This document shows, one piece after another, positions 8,910 to 18,355 of a stretch of 64,000 nucleotides of DNA. The notes under the pieces were generated by a model. It did no database searches and was not told where the DNA came from. It was given only the letters and a program-made list of their open reading frames with translations. The stretch lies in NCBI GenBank assembly GCA_934130355.1, contig CAKOXV010000002.1:4204-68203 (forward strand). Direction: 5' to 3'. The position numbers and the translations under genes were made by a program. The first letter of the stretch is position 1. Every line of letters begins with the position of its first letter. The DNA comes from an uncultured Clostridia bacterium. GTDB lineage: Bacteria; Bacillota; Clostridia; TANB77; CAG-508.

Positions 8910-10571
8910 ATGACAGACATTGAAATAGCTAAAAATACAGAACTAAAGAAAATAACAGAGATTGCAAAAAATCTTGGAATAGATGAAGATGAATTAGAAC
9001 TATATGGAAAATATAAAGCTAAAATTTCAAATTCTATAAATAATAGAATTAAAAACAATAAAGATGGAAAATTAATTTTAGTAACAGCAATGAGTCCAAC
9101 ACCTTTAGGAGAAGGAAAAACTACAATATCAATATCAATTGCTGATGGATTAAGAAAAATAGGTAAAAAGTCAATATTAGCATTAAGAGAGCCATCATTA
9201 GGACCTGTATTTGGAATAAAAGGTGGAGCAACAGGAGGAGGACATGCACAAGTAGCTCCAATGGAAGAAATTAATTTGCATTTTACAGGTGATATCCATG
9301 CAATAACCTCTGCAAATAACTTGTTATCAGCAATGATAGATAATCATATATATCATGGCAATACACTAGAAATAGAAAAGGTGGTATGGAAAAGATGTGT
9401 AGATTTAAATGATAGACAATTAAGGTGTGTAGAAACAGGACTATCAGGAGAAAGCAAAATTGTTCCTAGAAAAGATTCTTTTGATATTACTGTTGCATCA
9501 GAAGTAATGGCAATTTTATGTTTGGCAACAGATATAGAAGATTTAAAAAGCAAACTTGGAAATATTATTATAGGATATAATAAAAATGGAAAACCTGTAT
9601 ATGCAAAAGATTTGAATGCACAAGGAGCAATGACAGTTTTATTAAAAGATGCAATAAAACCAAATTTAGTACAAACTTTAGAACATACACCTGCAATAAT
9701 ACATGGTGGGCCATTTGCTAATATTGCACATGGTTGTAATAGTGTAATTGCTACTAAAATGGCAATGAAATTAGCAGATTATTGTATTACAGAAGCTGGA
9801 TTTGGCGCAGATTTAGGCGCTGAAAAGTTTTTAGATATAAAATGTAGAAAAGCCGATTTAAAACCAGATGCTGTTGTATGTGTAGCAACAATAAAAGCAC
9901 TTAAATACAATGGTGGAGTTGCTAAAGAAGATGTCCAAAAAGAAAATATGACGGCTTTAAAAGATGGAATGAATAATTTATATAAACATATAGAAAACAT
10001 TCATAAAAAATTCGGATTAAATATTATAATTGCATTAAATAAATATAATACAGATACAGAACAAGAAATTGAATTTGTTATAAACGATTTAAAAAATAAT
10101 GGAATTCAAGCAAGTGTAGTAGAAAGTTGGGCAAAAGGTGGAGATGGTGCGATTGATATTGCGACAAAATTAGTAGACCTTGTTGAACAGAAAGAAAACT
10201 TTAATTTTATTTATAATTTAAATGAAACAATTGAAGAAAAAATCAATAAAATAGTTACACAAATTTATGGAGGAAACAAAGTAAATTATACAGAAATTGC
10301 TCGTGAAAAAATCAAAAAAATTGAAGAACTAGGGTTTGGAAATTTGCCAATATGTATAGCTAAAACACAGTATTCTTTTTCTGATGATGCAAAAAAAATA
10401 AATTTTACACAATCGTTTGAATTTAATGTCAGAGATGTAGAAATAAAATCTGGTGCAGGATTTATTGTAGTATTAGCTGGAAATATAATGACTATGCCAG
10501 GTTTACCTAAAACACCATCAGCAGAGAACATTGATATTGATGCAAATGGTGAAATTACAGGAATTTTTTAA
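8910..10571 (+). CDS. fhs: Formate--tetrahydrofolate ligase
   Basis: TDIEIA...VTAMSPTPLGEGKTT...GGPFANIAHGCNS...PICIAKTQYSFSDD are canonical FTHFS motifs. Confidence 0.95.
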   Translation: MTDIEIAKNTELKKITEIAKNLGIDEDELELYGKYKAKISNSINNRIKNNKDGKLILVTAMSPTPLGEGKTTISISIADGLRKIGKKSILALREPSLGPVFGIKGGATGGGHAQVAPMEEINLHFTGDIHAITSANNLLSAMIDNHIYHGNTLEIEKVVWKRCVDLNDRQLRCVETGLSGESKIVPRKDSFDITVASEVMAILCLATDIEDLKSKLGNIIIGYNKNGKPVYAKDLNAQGAMTVLLKDAIKPNLVQTLEHTPAIIHGGPFANIAHGCNSVIATKMAMKLADYCITEAGFGADLGAEKFLDIKCRKADLKPDAVVCVATIKALKYNGGVAKEDVQKENMTALKDGMNNLYKHIENIHKKFGLNIIIALNKYNTDTEQEIEFVINDLKNNGIQASVVESWAKGGDGAIDIATKLVDLVEQKENFNFIYNLNETIEEKINKIVTQIYGGNKVNYTEIAREKIKKIEELGFGNLPICIAKTQYSFSDDAKKINFTQSFEFNVRDVEIKSGAGFIVVLAGNIMTMPGLPKTPSAENIDIDANGEITGIF

Positions 10572-10663
10572 AAACAAAATAAATCTGTTTTAAAATTGTA
10601 TAATAAAAAACAACTTAGAAATAATAATAAAAAAGCTTTTAAGCTTTTAAAGGAGGCGATTTT

Positions 10664-11596
10664 ATGTACAATTTTAGAACAGATTTAGCTCTTGAGAGAA
10701 GAGATATATATCAAAAAATAAATAAGTTAACGGAAATTGATGGAATAGAAGGAACTGAAGAACAAGTAAATGATAATATAAAAGTTTCAAGAGTAAAAGT
10801 AACAAATAAAAATGGAGAAGAAGCTATAGGAAAACCTATAGGAAATTATACTACAATCGATGTAAAAAATTTAAAACTTGCAACAGATGACGACATACAA
10901 AAAACAGCAGAAACATTAACAAATGAATTAAAATCACTTATAGATATGCATATTGACAAACAAGGAGAAGTATTAGTTGTAGGATTAGGAAATATATATG
11001 TAACTCCAGATAGTCTAGGGCCTAAAGTTACTAATGAGATAGATGTAACAAGACATATTAAAAAATATTTACCACAATATTTAGATGAAGGAACAAGAGT
11101 AGTAAGTGCAATTTCACCAGGAGTTCTTGGAACAACAGGGATTGAGACAGTTGAAATCTTAAAAGGTATTGTAGAAAATACAAAACCTCAATTATTAATA
11201 GTAATAGATGCACTAGCATCAAGAAGTATAGAGAGAATAAGTAGTACAATACAAATCTCAGATACAGGAATAGTTCCAGGAGCTGGTGTTGGAAATACTA
11301 GACAAGAAATTAGTCAAAACTCATTAGGAATTCCTGTTGTAGCAATAGGAATCCCAACAGTTGTAGAATTAGCAACTCTTGTGTCAGATGGAATCAATTT
11401 GTTTATAAATAGATTACAAGAAAAGGCAGAATCTAATGAATATTTAAATCAATTACAAAAAGATGATAAATATGAAGAAGTAAAAGAAGCTTTGAATGTC
11501 GGAGAATATAATATGATAGTAACACCTAAAGAAATTGATGATTTAATTGAAAACATGAAAGACATAGTTGCAAGAGGTATAAATTTTGCAGTATAG
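10664..11596 (+). CDS. gpr: GPR endopeptidase (spore germination protease)
   Basis: FRTDLALE N-terminus, VVGLGN...TPDSLGP, and IDALASR...ISDTGI.PG.GVGN are Gpr family motifs. Confidence 0.85.
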   Translation: MYNFRTDLALERRDIYQKINKLTEIDGIEGTEEQVNDNIKVSRVKVTNKNGEEAIGKPIGNYTTIDVKNLKLATDDDIQKTAETLTNELKSLIDMHIDKQGEVLVVGLGNIYVTPDSLGPKVTNEIDVTRHIKKYLPQYLDEGTRVVSAISPGVLGTTGIETVEILKGIVENTKPQLLIVIDALASRSIERISSTIQISDTGIVPGAGVGNTRQEISQNSLGIPVVAIGIPTVVELATLVSDGINLFINRLQEKAESNEYLNQLQKDDKYEEVKEALNVGEYNMIVTPKEIDDLIENMKDIVARGINFAV

Positions 11597-11651
11597 TATA
11601 GTAAAATAAAAATCGTTATGATATAATAAGACCATATTTTAATATGGTCTA

Positions 11652-11785
11652 TTTTATATACTAGGAAAGTCCTCTGGACTTCCTAGTATATAAAAGCTAT
11701 AATTGCTAGCCCTTTGAGATTTTCTCCTTATAGTCGAAAACTCAAATCGGGCAAGAACAAAGGGCGACTACGTCGCTTTGTTCTT
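11652..11785. repeat. Mosaic of three consecutive hairpins (about 11655-11692, 11710-11751, 11749-11785). Two of the modules recur elsewhere in the window.
   Basis: TTTTATATACTAGGAAAGTCCTCT (11652-11675) is identical to 63616-63639. GGGCAAGAACAAAGGGCGACTACGTCGCTTTGTTCTT (11749-11785) recurs at 52775-52813. Confidence 0.8.
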
Positions 11786-11816
11786 TGAAAAAGAACAGCG
11801 AAATAAGGAGGAAAAA

Positions 11817-12347
11817 ATGCCAGAAAGAGTTGAAATAACTAGAATGAAACAAAACTCAACAAATAGAGAATATGTGCTAGAAAATGTAAGAAAAGAAGGA
11901 GCGCTTGTAGAATTTGCAAGTGAAGAACTAAGAGATGACAAAGAAGTTTTGTTAGAAGCAATACATAATAACCCAGAAGCATTAGAGTTTGCAAGTGATA
12001 GGCTAAAAAGTGACAGAGAAGTAGTATACGAATCTGTTAGCAAAGTTGGGTGGACATATTGTTATGCAAAAGAAAATTTACTAGAAGACAAAGAATTACT
12101 AATGGCAGGATTAAAACTTTCAGGGCAAATATTATATTTTGCTTCACCAGAAATGAGAGATGACAAAGAAGTAGTTATGATAGCTGTGACCAATAAACCA
12201 ATAATAATAAAATACGCAAGTAACAGACTTAGAGAAGATAAAGAAATTGGACTTGCAGCAATGAAGGCAAGCAAAAAATGTTATGAGTTTTTAGGACCAA
12301 ATTTAAAAAAAGATGAAGAAATCTTGAATTTGAGAGATAATTCTTAA
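11817..12347 (+). CDS. DUF4116 repeat protein
   Basis: Repeated ...AL.FAS..LR.DKEVVL.A.. units (four or more). ATG 11817 has an AAGGAGG RBS. The track start 11778 lies inside a hairpin repeat. Confidence 0.65.
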   Translation: MPERVEITRMKQNSTNREYVLENVRKEGALVEFASEELRDDKEVLLEAIHNNPEALEFASDRLKSDREVVYESVSKVGWTYCYAKENLLEDKELLMAGLKLSGQILYFASPEMRDDKEVVMIAVTNKPIIIKYASNRLREDKEIGLAAMKASKKCYEFLGPNLKKDEEILNLRDNS

Positions 12348-12376
12348 GATTTCTATAAAATGAAAGGGGAGAAAAA

Positions 12377-12973
12377 ATGAAAATATTAAGAAAAATCAAC
12401 AAAGGTTTAATTTTAACAATTATAGTATTACTAGCATTAACTGTTTATTTAGTAAAGCAAGAAAAACAAAGAAATGAAGACAAACCAGATATTCAAAGAG
12501 CATGTGAGGAATTTATTAATTTTATAGACAAATATTCAGTATTGCCAGAAAATTTACAAAAGCTTACAGAGAAAATTGATGAAGCAAAAGTAGAAGAATA
12601 CAAAAAAGAAATGAAAACAGAATTAGCTAAATTAATGGTTGAAAATGAAGATGTAGTTAATTTGCAATATCAAAATTTAGAAACAGCATTAGATGAAAGT
12701 TATAATGTTCCAAGAAATATCACAACTAAAATTGAAAGAAAAATCATAAAAGTAACAAAATATGAATTTGAAGGAGAACAAGTTACTGTAACATTTAAAT
12801 CTAACACAAAAACAATTTCTCGATATTTAAATGAACAAAATAAAGTTCAAGAGAATCAAATTTCAACTGAAGCTGATAGTGATGAAATTTGTTTACAAAA
12901 AGTAAATGGAAAATGGAAAATAATATATTCAAATTTAAAAAACAATAATTATAACGAAAAAGAGGTGATATAA
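12377..12973 (+). CDS. Hypothetical membrane-anchored protein
   Basis: RBS GGGGAG, one N-terminal TM helix, no recognisable family. Immediately precedes the ABC transporter genes. Confidence 0.45.
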   Translation: MKILRKINKGLILTIIVLLALTVYLVKQEKQRNEDKPDIQRACEEFINFIDKYSVLPENLQKLTEKIDEAKVEEYKKEMKTELAKLMVENEDVVNLQYQNLETALDESYNVPRNITTKIERKIIKVTKYEFEGEQVTVTFKSNTKTISRYLNEQNKVQENQISTEADSDEICLQKVNGKWKIIYSNLKNNNYNEKEVI

Positions 12974-12975
12974 AA

Positions 12976-13890
12976 GTGGCTAATACTGTATTAGAATTGA
13001 AAAATGTAAGCAAAACATTTGGAAGAAGAAAAGTAATAGATGACATATCTCTTGAAGTAAAAGAAGGGGAAATCTATGGATTCCTAGGTCCAAATGGTTC
13101 TGGAAAGACAACAACCATAAAAATGATATTAAGTCTTATAAGCCTAGACAGTGGAACAATAACTGTAAATGGGTTTGATACCAAAAAACAATTTGAAAAA
13201 GCAATGGAATGTATAGGAGCTATTGTTGAAAACCCAGATATGTATAAATATATGTCTGGAATTGATAACTTAAAGCTACATGCAAGAATAAGAAATGTGG
13301 ATAAAAAGAGAATTGACGAAGTTTTAGAACTAGTAGAACTAAAAGATAGAGCAAAAGAAAAAGTTGGAAAATATTCTTTGGGTATGAAACAAAGGTTAGG
13401 ATTAGCATTAACTTTATTACATAAGCCAAAAGTTTTAATATTAGATGAACCTACAAATGGATTAGATCCAGCAGGAATAAAGAAATTAAGAGATATTTTA
13501 AAACAAATATCACATCAAGAAGGAGTTGCTGTTTTTGTATCATCACATATATTATCTGAAATGCAATTAATGTGTGATAAAGTTGCAGTTCTTAATGATG
13601 GCAAGATTGTCAAAATTGAAAATATAGTAAATGCGCAAGAGGAAAAAATTGAACAATTAGAAATAAGAGTAAAAGACACTGAAAAAGCTATACAAATCTT
13701 AAATGAAAAATTTGAAATTGAAGGAAAAGTAGAAAAAGAAAATATTGAAATAACAATTTTGTCAGAAAAAGTGCCTTCAGTTGTAAAAGAATTAGCTATT
13801 TCTGATGTGGAAATAAAAGCGGTTATACCAAAAGAACACACATTAGAAGAGATATTCTTTGATGCAACAAAAGGAGGTAAAAATGAGTAA
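12976..13890 (+). CDS. ABC transporter ATP-binding protein
   Basis: Walker A GPNGSGKTT, signature LSLGMKQRL, Walker B LILDEPTNGLD. GTG start. Confidence 0.85.
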   Translation: MANTVLELKNVSKTFGRRKVIDDISLEVKEGEIYGFLGPNGSGKTTTIKMILSLISLDSGTITVNGFDTKKQFEKAMECIGAIVENPDMYKYMSGIDNLKLHARIRNVDKKRIDEVLELVELKDRAKEKVGKYSLGMKQRLGLALTLLHKPKVLILDEPTNGLDPAGIKKLRDILKQISHQEGVAVFVSSHILSEMQLMCDKVAVLNDGKIVKIENIVNAQEEKIEQLEIRVKDTEKAIQILNEKFEIEGKVEKENIEITILSEKVPSVVKELAISDVEIKAVIPKEHTLEEIFFDATKGGKNE

Positions 13891-15319
13891 GATATTTAAA
13901 TTATTTATTGATGAAAATATAAAAACATGGAAAAAGTTTTCAACTAAATTAGCATTAGTTATTATAATTTTATCTTTAGTTGGTGTATTAGCTCTAGTAA
14001 AAATAATAGAGAAATTAGATGAGAGTTATAGTGGTGGTGTAAACTATTATGAATATGATTTTAAAGAGGATTTACAATCTCAAATAGACCTTTATAAAAA
14101 TATGTTAAATGAAGAGGGATTAACACAAAGTGAGAAGAAAGATATACAAATACAGATAGAAAGATGCGAGATGTTTATTAAATATGATATTAATCAATAT
14201 TATGATTATTGGAAAAGAGATTTAGTATATGAAATTACAGAATTAAAGTCACAAGACAACAATGAAAAAGAAATTGCAAAATTAATTGATATATTAGATA
14301 AAGATGACTTTAAACAATATATTGAATTGGAAAAAGAGAGTGCAAAAAAAGATTTAGATGATAAAAGAATTTCTCAAAAAGAATATGATGACAAAATATT
14401 AATTTTAGATTTGCAAGTAAAAAATGAAATTGGGAAAACACTAGAAAGTCCATATTGGAAAAAATTAGTATTATCAAAAATTCAACTTTTTCAACAAAGT
14501 CTAAGAACAGGAATTGATTATAGCACAGGTAAAATATTAACTGTAGAAAAAAAGCAAGAATATGAAGATAAAATCAAGTTATATGTGTATAGAATTGAAA
14601 ATGATGCTTGCCCAATAGAATATGTAGAAAATGTGAATAGAGAAATGTTTGAAGTAATGGCTTCGATGTTTGTAACCTCAGTAATAGCAATATTTGCAAT
14701 GATTATAGCAGGAGGTGCAATTTCGAGTGAAAAATCAACTGGAACAATTAAGTTCTGGGCATTAACTCCAAATAAGAGATGGAAAATACTAACTGCTAAA
14801 ATCTTATCATTAATGTTTTACATAATTTTAATAACATTGTTAATGGCAATACTAACATCTGTAGTTTCAAATCTCTTCTTCGAAACAGATGGAATCAATT
14901 ATTTGTATATAAAGGATGGAAATGTTGAAAAAATAGAAAATACAGCATTTATTATTCAATATTATTTTGCAAAAATTATACCTGTTGTAATATTTGCTAT
15001 ATTTGCATTAATGCTTTCAGTTGTTACTCAAAATACAGCTGTTGCAGTAAGTTTAAGTGTTGCAACATATATGGGAAATAGTATTGCAATGGCTATAATT
15101 AATACATTTGTAAAAAAGGATTGGGTTAAATTTATACCATTTAATAATTTGAATATTGCTAACAAAATTTTCCCATATTTTGAAAATCCAATTCAAATAT
15201 TTAGCACAGGAAGTTCTAATACAACTTCATTACAATTTTCAGTAATTGTTTTAGCAGCATGTGCAGGTTTAATGTTTGTTACAGCTTATGATAGTTTTAA
15301 TAATAGAGATATAATATAA
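13883..15319 (+). CDS. ABC-2 type transporter permease with a large extracytoplasmic/coiled insert
   Basis: ATG 13883 after AAAGGAGG, overlapping the upstream ATPase gene by 8 nt. C-terminal multi-TM ABC-2-like region. Confidence 0.6.
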   Translation: MSKIFKLFIDENIKTWKKFSTKLALVIIILSLVGVLALVKIIEKLDESYSGGVNYYEYDFKEDLQSQIDLYKNMLNEEGLTQSEKKDIQIQIERCEMFIKYDINQYYDYWKRDLVYEITELKSQDNNEKEIAKLIDILDKDDFKQYIELEKESAKKDLDDKRISQKEYDDKILILDLQVKNEIGKTLESPYWKKLVLSKIQLFQQSLRTGIDYSTGKILTVEKKQEYEDKIKLYVYRIENDACPIEYVENVNREMFEVMASMFVTSVIAIFAMIIAGGAISSEKSTGTIKFWALTPNKRWKILTAKILSLMFYIILITLLMAILTSVVSNLFFETDGINYLYIKDGNVEKIENTAFIIQYYFAKIIPVVIFAIFALMLSVVTQNTAVAVSLSVATYMGNSIAMAIINTFVKKDWVKFIPFNNLNIANKIFPYFENPIQIFSTGSSNTTSLQFSVIVLAACAGLMFVTAYDSFNNRDII

Positions 15320-15322
15320 ACT

Positions 15323-15409
15323 AATTTAATATATTACTTTCAATAGCCAAAACATATTTTGGGTCTTCGTCGGGGGTCTTGGCTTTATTTCATAGTAATA
15401 TATTAAATT
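15323..15409. repeat. Solo core hairpin (87 bp) of the nested-palindrome family
   Basis: AATTTAATATATTACTTTCAATAGCCAAAACATATTTTGGGTCTTCGTCGGGGGTCTTGGCTTTATTTCATAGTAATATATTAAATT is homologous to the central about 90 bp of copies 1 and 3, including the GGGTCTTCGTCGGGGGTC apex. Confidence 0.85.
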
Positions 15410-15596
15410 GCTTATAAAAAGAGACTCATTTGAGTAAAATGGAAACTTTAGAAAAAATTACCATAAATACTTGATTTTTACACAAAATTATAGTACAATA
15501 ATTATGTAAAAAATGTTCCTTTAACTTAGCACAATAAAAAATACACCTATTATTGTAGCTCGGTCTAAGGAGAAAAAGAAATAGGAGGTGTTAATT

Positions 15597-15860
15597 ATGA
15601 CAACAGAAAGAAAACAAGAAATCATTAATCAATATAGAAGAGATGAAAAAGACACAGGTTCATCTGAAGTTCAAATCGCTCTTTTAACAGAAAGAATTAA
15701 TGAATTAACAGAGCATTTAAAAGTTCATAAAAAAGATAACCATTCAAGAAGAGGACTTCTAAAAATGGTAGGAAAAAGAAGAAATTTATTAAACTACTTA
15801 GCTAAAAAAGACGAAAATGCATATAGAGAATTAGTTGAAAAATTAGGACTAAGAAAATAG
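15597..15860 (+). CDS. rpsO: 30S ribosomal protein S15
   Basis: [35 protein letters not shown] is the S15 signature. ATG 15597 follows GGAGG. Confidence 0.95.
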   Translation: MTTERKQEIINQYRRDEKDTGSSEVQIALLTERINELTEHLKVHKKDNHSRRGLLKMVGKRRNLLNYLAKKDENAYRELVEKLGLRK

Positions 15861-16043
15861 TTGATAAGTTGTAAGGAGACGTTTGCAACAAAGCTAACGT
15901 CTCTTTTTTAAGTAAACTGGAATTAGAAAAGTAGCTTGTATAATACGCTATAAAGCTATAGGGCATTATAGAGGTTACAATCTAATATAGTTTGCTTAAA
16001 ATATAGGTGTATATTATAAAATAAAAAGGAGAAATGAATATAT

Positions 16044-18224
16044 ATGTTTAAAAGTTATGAAACAGAATTAGCAGGAAGAAAATTAGTAATAGAAACAGGC
16101 AAACTTTGTGGACTATCAAATGGAAGTGTTGTAGTAAAATATGGTGATACAGTTGTAATGGTAAATGTAACTGCATCAAAAGAACCAAAAGAAGGAATAG
16201 ACTTTTTCCCATTATCAGTAGATTATGAAGAAAAATTATATTCAGTAGGAAAAATTCCAGGCTCATATATAAAAAGAGAAGGAAAGCCAAGTGATAAAGC
16301 AATATTAGTATCAAGAGCAATTGATAGACCTTTAAGACCACTATTTCCAAAAGATTTTAGAAATGACGTAGTAGTTGTTGCAACAGTATTATGTGTTGAA
16401 CAAGATAATTCACCAGAAGTAGCAGCAATGATAGGTGCATCAGCAGCATTATCAATATCAGATATTCCATTTGGAGGACCAACAGCAGCAGTAAATGTTG
16501 GATTAGTAAATGGAGAAATTGTTATAAATCCAACAGAAGAACAAAGAAAAGTTAGTGATTTAAACTTAACTGTAGCAGGAACTGCAGAAAAAGTTGCAAT
16601 GATTGAAGCTGGTGCAAATGAAGTACCAGATGACGTAATGCTAGAAGCAATCAAAAAAGGTCATGAAGAAATCAAAAAATTATGTGAATTTATTTCAAAA
16701 ATGAAAGAAGAAATAGGAAAACCAAAATTTGAATATAAATCATTTGCAGTAGAACATGATTTATATGAATTTTTGGAACAAAACTTTACAGAAAAAATGA
16801 AAATTGCTGTACAAGAAGTTGACAAAGAAACAAGAGACAATAATGTAGCAGAATTATCAGAAGAAATTACAGCAGCTGTAGCAGAAAAATTAGGAGAAGA
16901 AGTAGCAACAGAAAGAGCACAAGAAATAGGAGAAGCAATTTACAAATTAGAAAAGAAATGTGTAAGAGACATGATTTTCTATGAACATAAAAGAGTTGAT
17001 GGTAGAGCAATTGATGAAATAAGACCATTATCATGTGAAGTAGGATTATTACCTCGTACACATGGAAGTGCATTATTTACAAGAGGACAAACACAAGTAA
17101 TGTCAATTGTAACTCTTGGAATGATTAGTGAAGAACAAGAATTGGATGGAATTGATACAGAAACGACAAAAAGATATATGCATCAATATAATTTCCCTGC
17201 ATACAGTGTTGGAGAAGCAAGAGCTTCAAGAGGACCTGGAAGAAGAGAAATAGGACATGGTGCTTTAGCAGAAAAAGCATTAGTACCAGTGCTTCCATCA
17301 AAAGAAGAATTTCCTTATGCAATAAGAGTTGTATCAGAAGTATTATCTTCAAATGGTTCAACATCACAAGCAAGTATTTGTGGAAGTACATTATCATTAA
17401 TGGATGCTGGTGTTCCAATTAAGAGACCAGTAGCTGGAATCTCAACAGGTTTAGTAACAAATCCAGAAAATCCAGATGATTATGTAATGCTAACAGATAT
17501 CCAAGGATTAGAAGATTTCTTTGGAGATATGGACTTTAAAGTTGGTGGAACAGAAAAAGGAATTACAGCAATTCAAGTAGATATTAAAGTTGATGGATTA
17601 TCTTATAAAATAATTGAAGAAGCATTTGCTAGAACAAGAAAAGCAAGACAATATATTTTAGATGAAATTATGAAACCAGTTATTTCTGCTCCAAGAGAAG
17701 AACTTTCACCTTATGCACCACAAATTGTTACAACACAAATCAAAGTTGAAAAAATTAAAGATGTAATTGGTAAAGGTGGAGAAACAATTAACAAAATAAT
17801 TGATGCAACAGGTGTTAAAATTGACATTGAAGATGATGGACAAGTTATGATTTATTCAGCAGATCAAGAAAAAGCTTACCAAGCATTAGATATGATTGAA
17901 GATATTGTAAGAGAATTTGAAGTTGGACAAATATATTATGGAACAGTTACAAGAATTACTACATTTGGTGCATTTGTAGACATTGGTGGAGGAAAAGAAG
18001 GACTTGTTCATATTTCTAAGATTTCAAAGGAAAGAGTTAAAAACGTTTCAGACTATCTAAAAGAAGGAGACAAAGTTCCTGTTAAAGTTATAGAAATTGA
18101 CCCACAAGGAAGAATTAATTTAACAATGAAAGATTTAGTTGAACATAAAGCAGAAGAAAATGCTGAAGAAAAAACAGTTGACGAAAGTTCAACAGAAACT
18201 TCTTCTGAAGAAGTAAGTGAATAA
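16044..18224 (+). CDS. pnp: Polyribonucleotide nucleotidyltransferase (PNPase)
   Basis: Two RNase PH domains, a KH domain (GKGGETINKI) and an S1 domain (YYGTVTRITTFGAFVDI). Conserved rpsO-pnp order. Confidence 0.95.
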   Translation: MFKSYETELAGRKLVIETGKLCGLSNGSVVVKYGDTVVMVNVTASKEPKEGIDFFPLSVDYEEKLYSVGKIPGSYIKREGKPSDKAILVSRAIDRPLRPLFPKDFRNDVVVVATVLCVEQDNSPEVAAMIGASAALSISDIPFGGPTAAVNVGLVNGEIVINPTEEQRKVSDLNLTVAGTAEKVAMIEAGANEVPDDVMLEAIKKGHEEIKKLCEFISKMKEEIGKPKFEYKSFAVEHDLYEFLEQNFTEKMKIAVQEVDKETRDNNVAELSEEITAAVAEKLGEEVATERAQEIGEAIYKLEKKCVRDMIFYEHKRVDGRAIDEIRPLSCEVGLLPRTHGSALFTRGQTQVMSIVTLGMISEEQELDGIDTETTKRYMHQYNFPAYSVGEARASRGPGRREIGHGALAEKALVPVLPSKEEFPYAIRVVSEVLSSNGSTSQASICGSTLSLMDAGVPIKRPVAGISTGLVTNPENPDDYVMLTDIQGLEDFFGDMDFKVGGTEKGITAIQVDIKVDGLSYKIIEEAFARTRKARQYILDEIMKPVISAPREELSPYAPQIVTTQIKVEKIKDVIGKGGETINKIIDATGVKIDIEDDGQVMIYSADQEKAYQALDMIEDIVREFEVGQIYYGTVTRITTFGAFVDIGGGKEGLVHISKISKERVKNVSDYLKEGDKVPVKVIEIDPQGRINLTMKDLVEHKAEENAEEKTVDESSTETSSEEVSE

Positions 18225-18231
18225 GATATTT

Positions 18232-18260
18232 GGAGAATACGAAAGTATTCTCCTTTTCTT
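18232..18260 (+). terminator. Rho-independent terminator after pnp
   Basis: GGAGAATAC-GAAA-GTATTCTCC followed by TTTTCTT. Confidence 0.75.
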
Positions 18261-18291
18261 GTAAAAAAGGCAGAAATATGATATAACATGT

Positions 18292-18344
18292 AAAAAAAGG
18301 ACTGTCCCCAAATTCGCGAAAAAAAGGACCGTCCCCAAATTAGC
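18292..18344 (+). repeat. Tandem 27-bp direct repeat AAAAAAAGGACYGTCCCCAAATTMGC (x2) immediately upstream of the addA RBS
   Basis: Units at 18292-18318 and 18319-18344. Each contains the 9-bp palindrome GGACNGTCC. Confidence 0.85.
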
Positions 18345-18355
18345 AGGAGGCAAAC

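Noticed and set aside
18292-18350. An A-rich tail plus CCCC and RBS upstream of addA as a preQ1-like or other small riboswitch.
   Set aside because: The only self-complementary segment, GGACNGTCC, would have a 1-nt loop, which is impossible as an RNA hairpin, and no pseudoknot partner is evident. It is treated as a DNA repeat instead.
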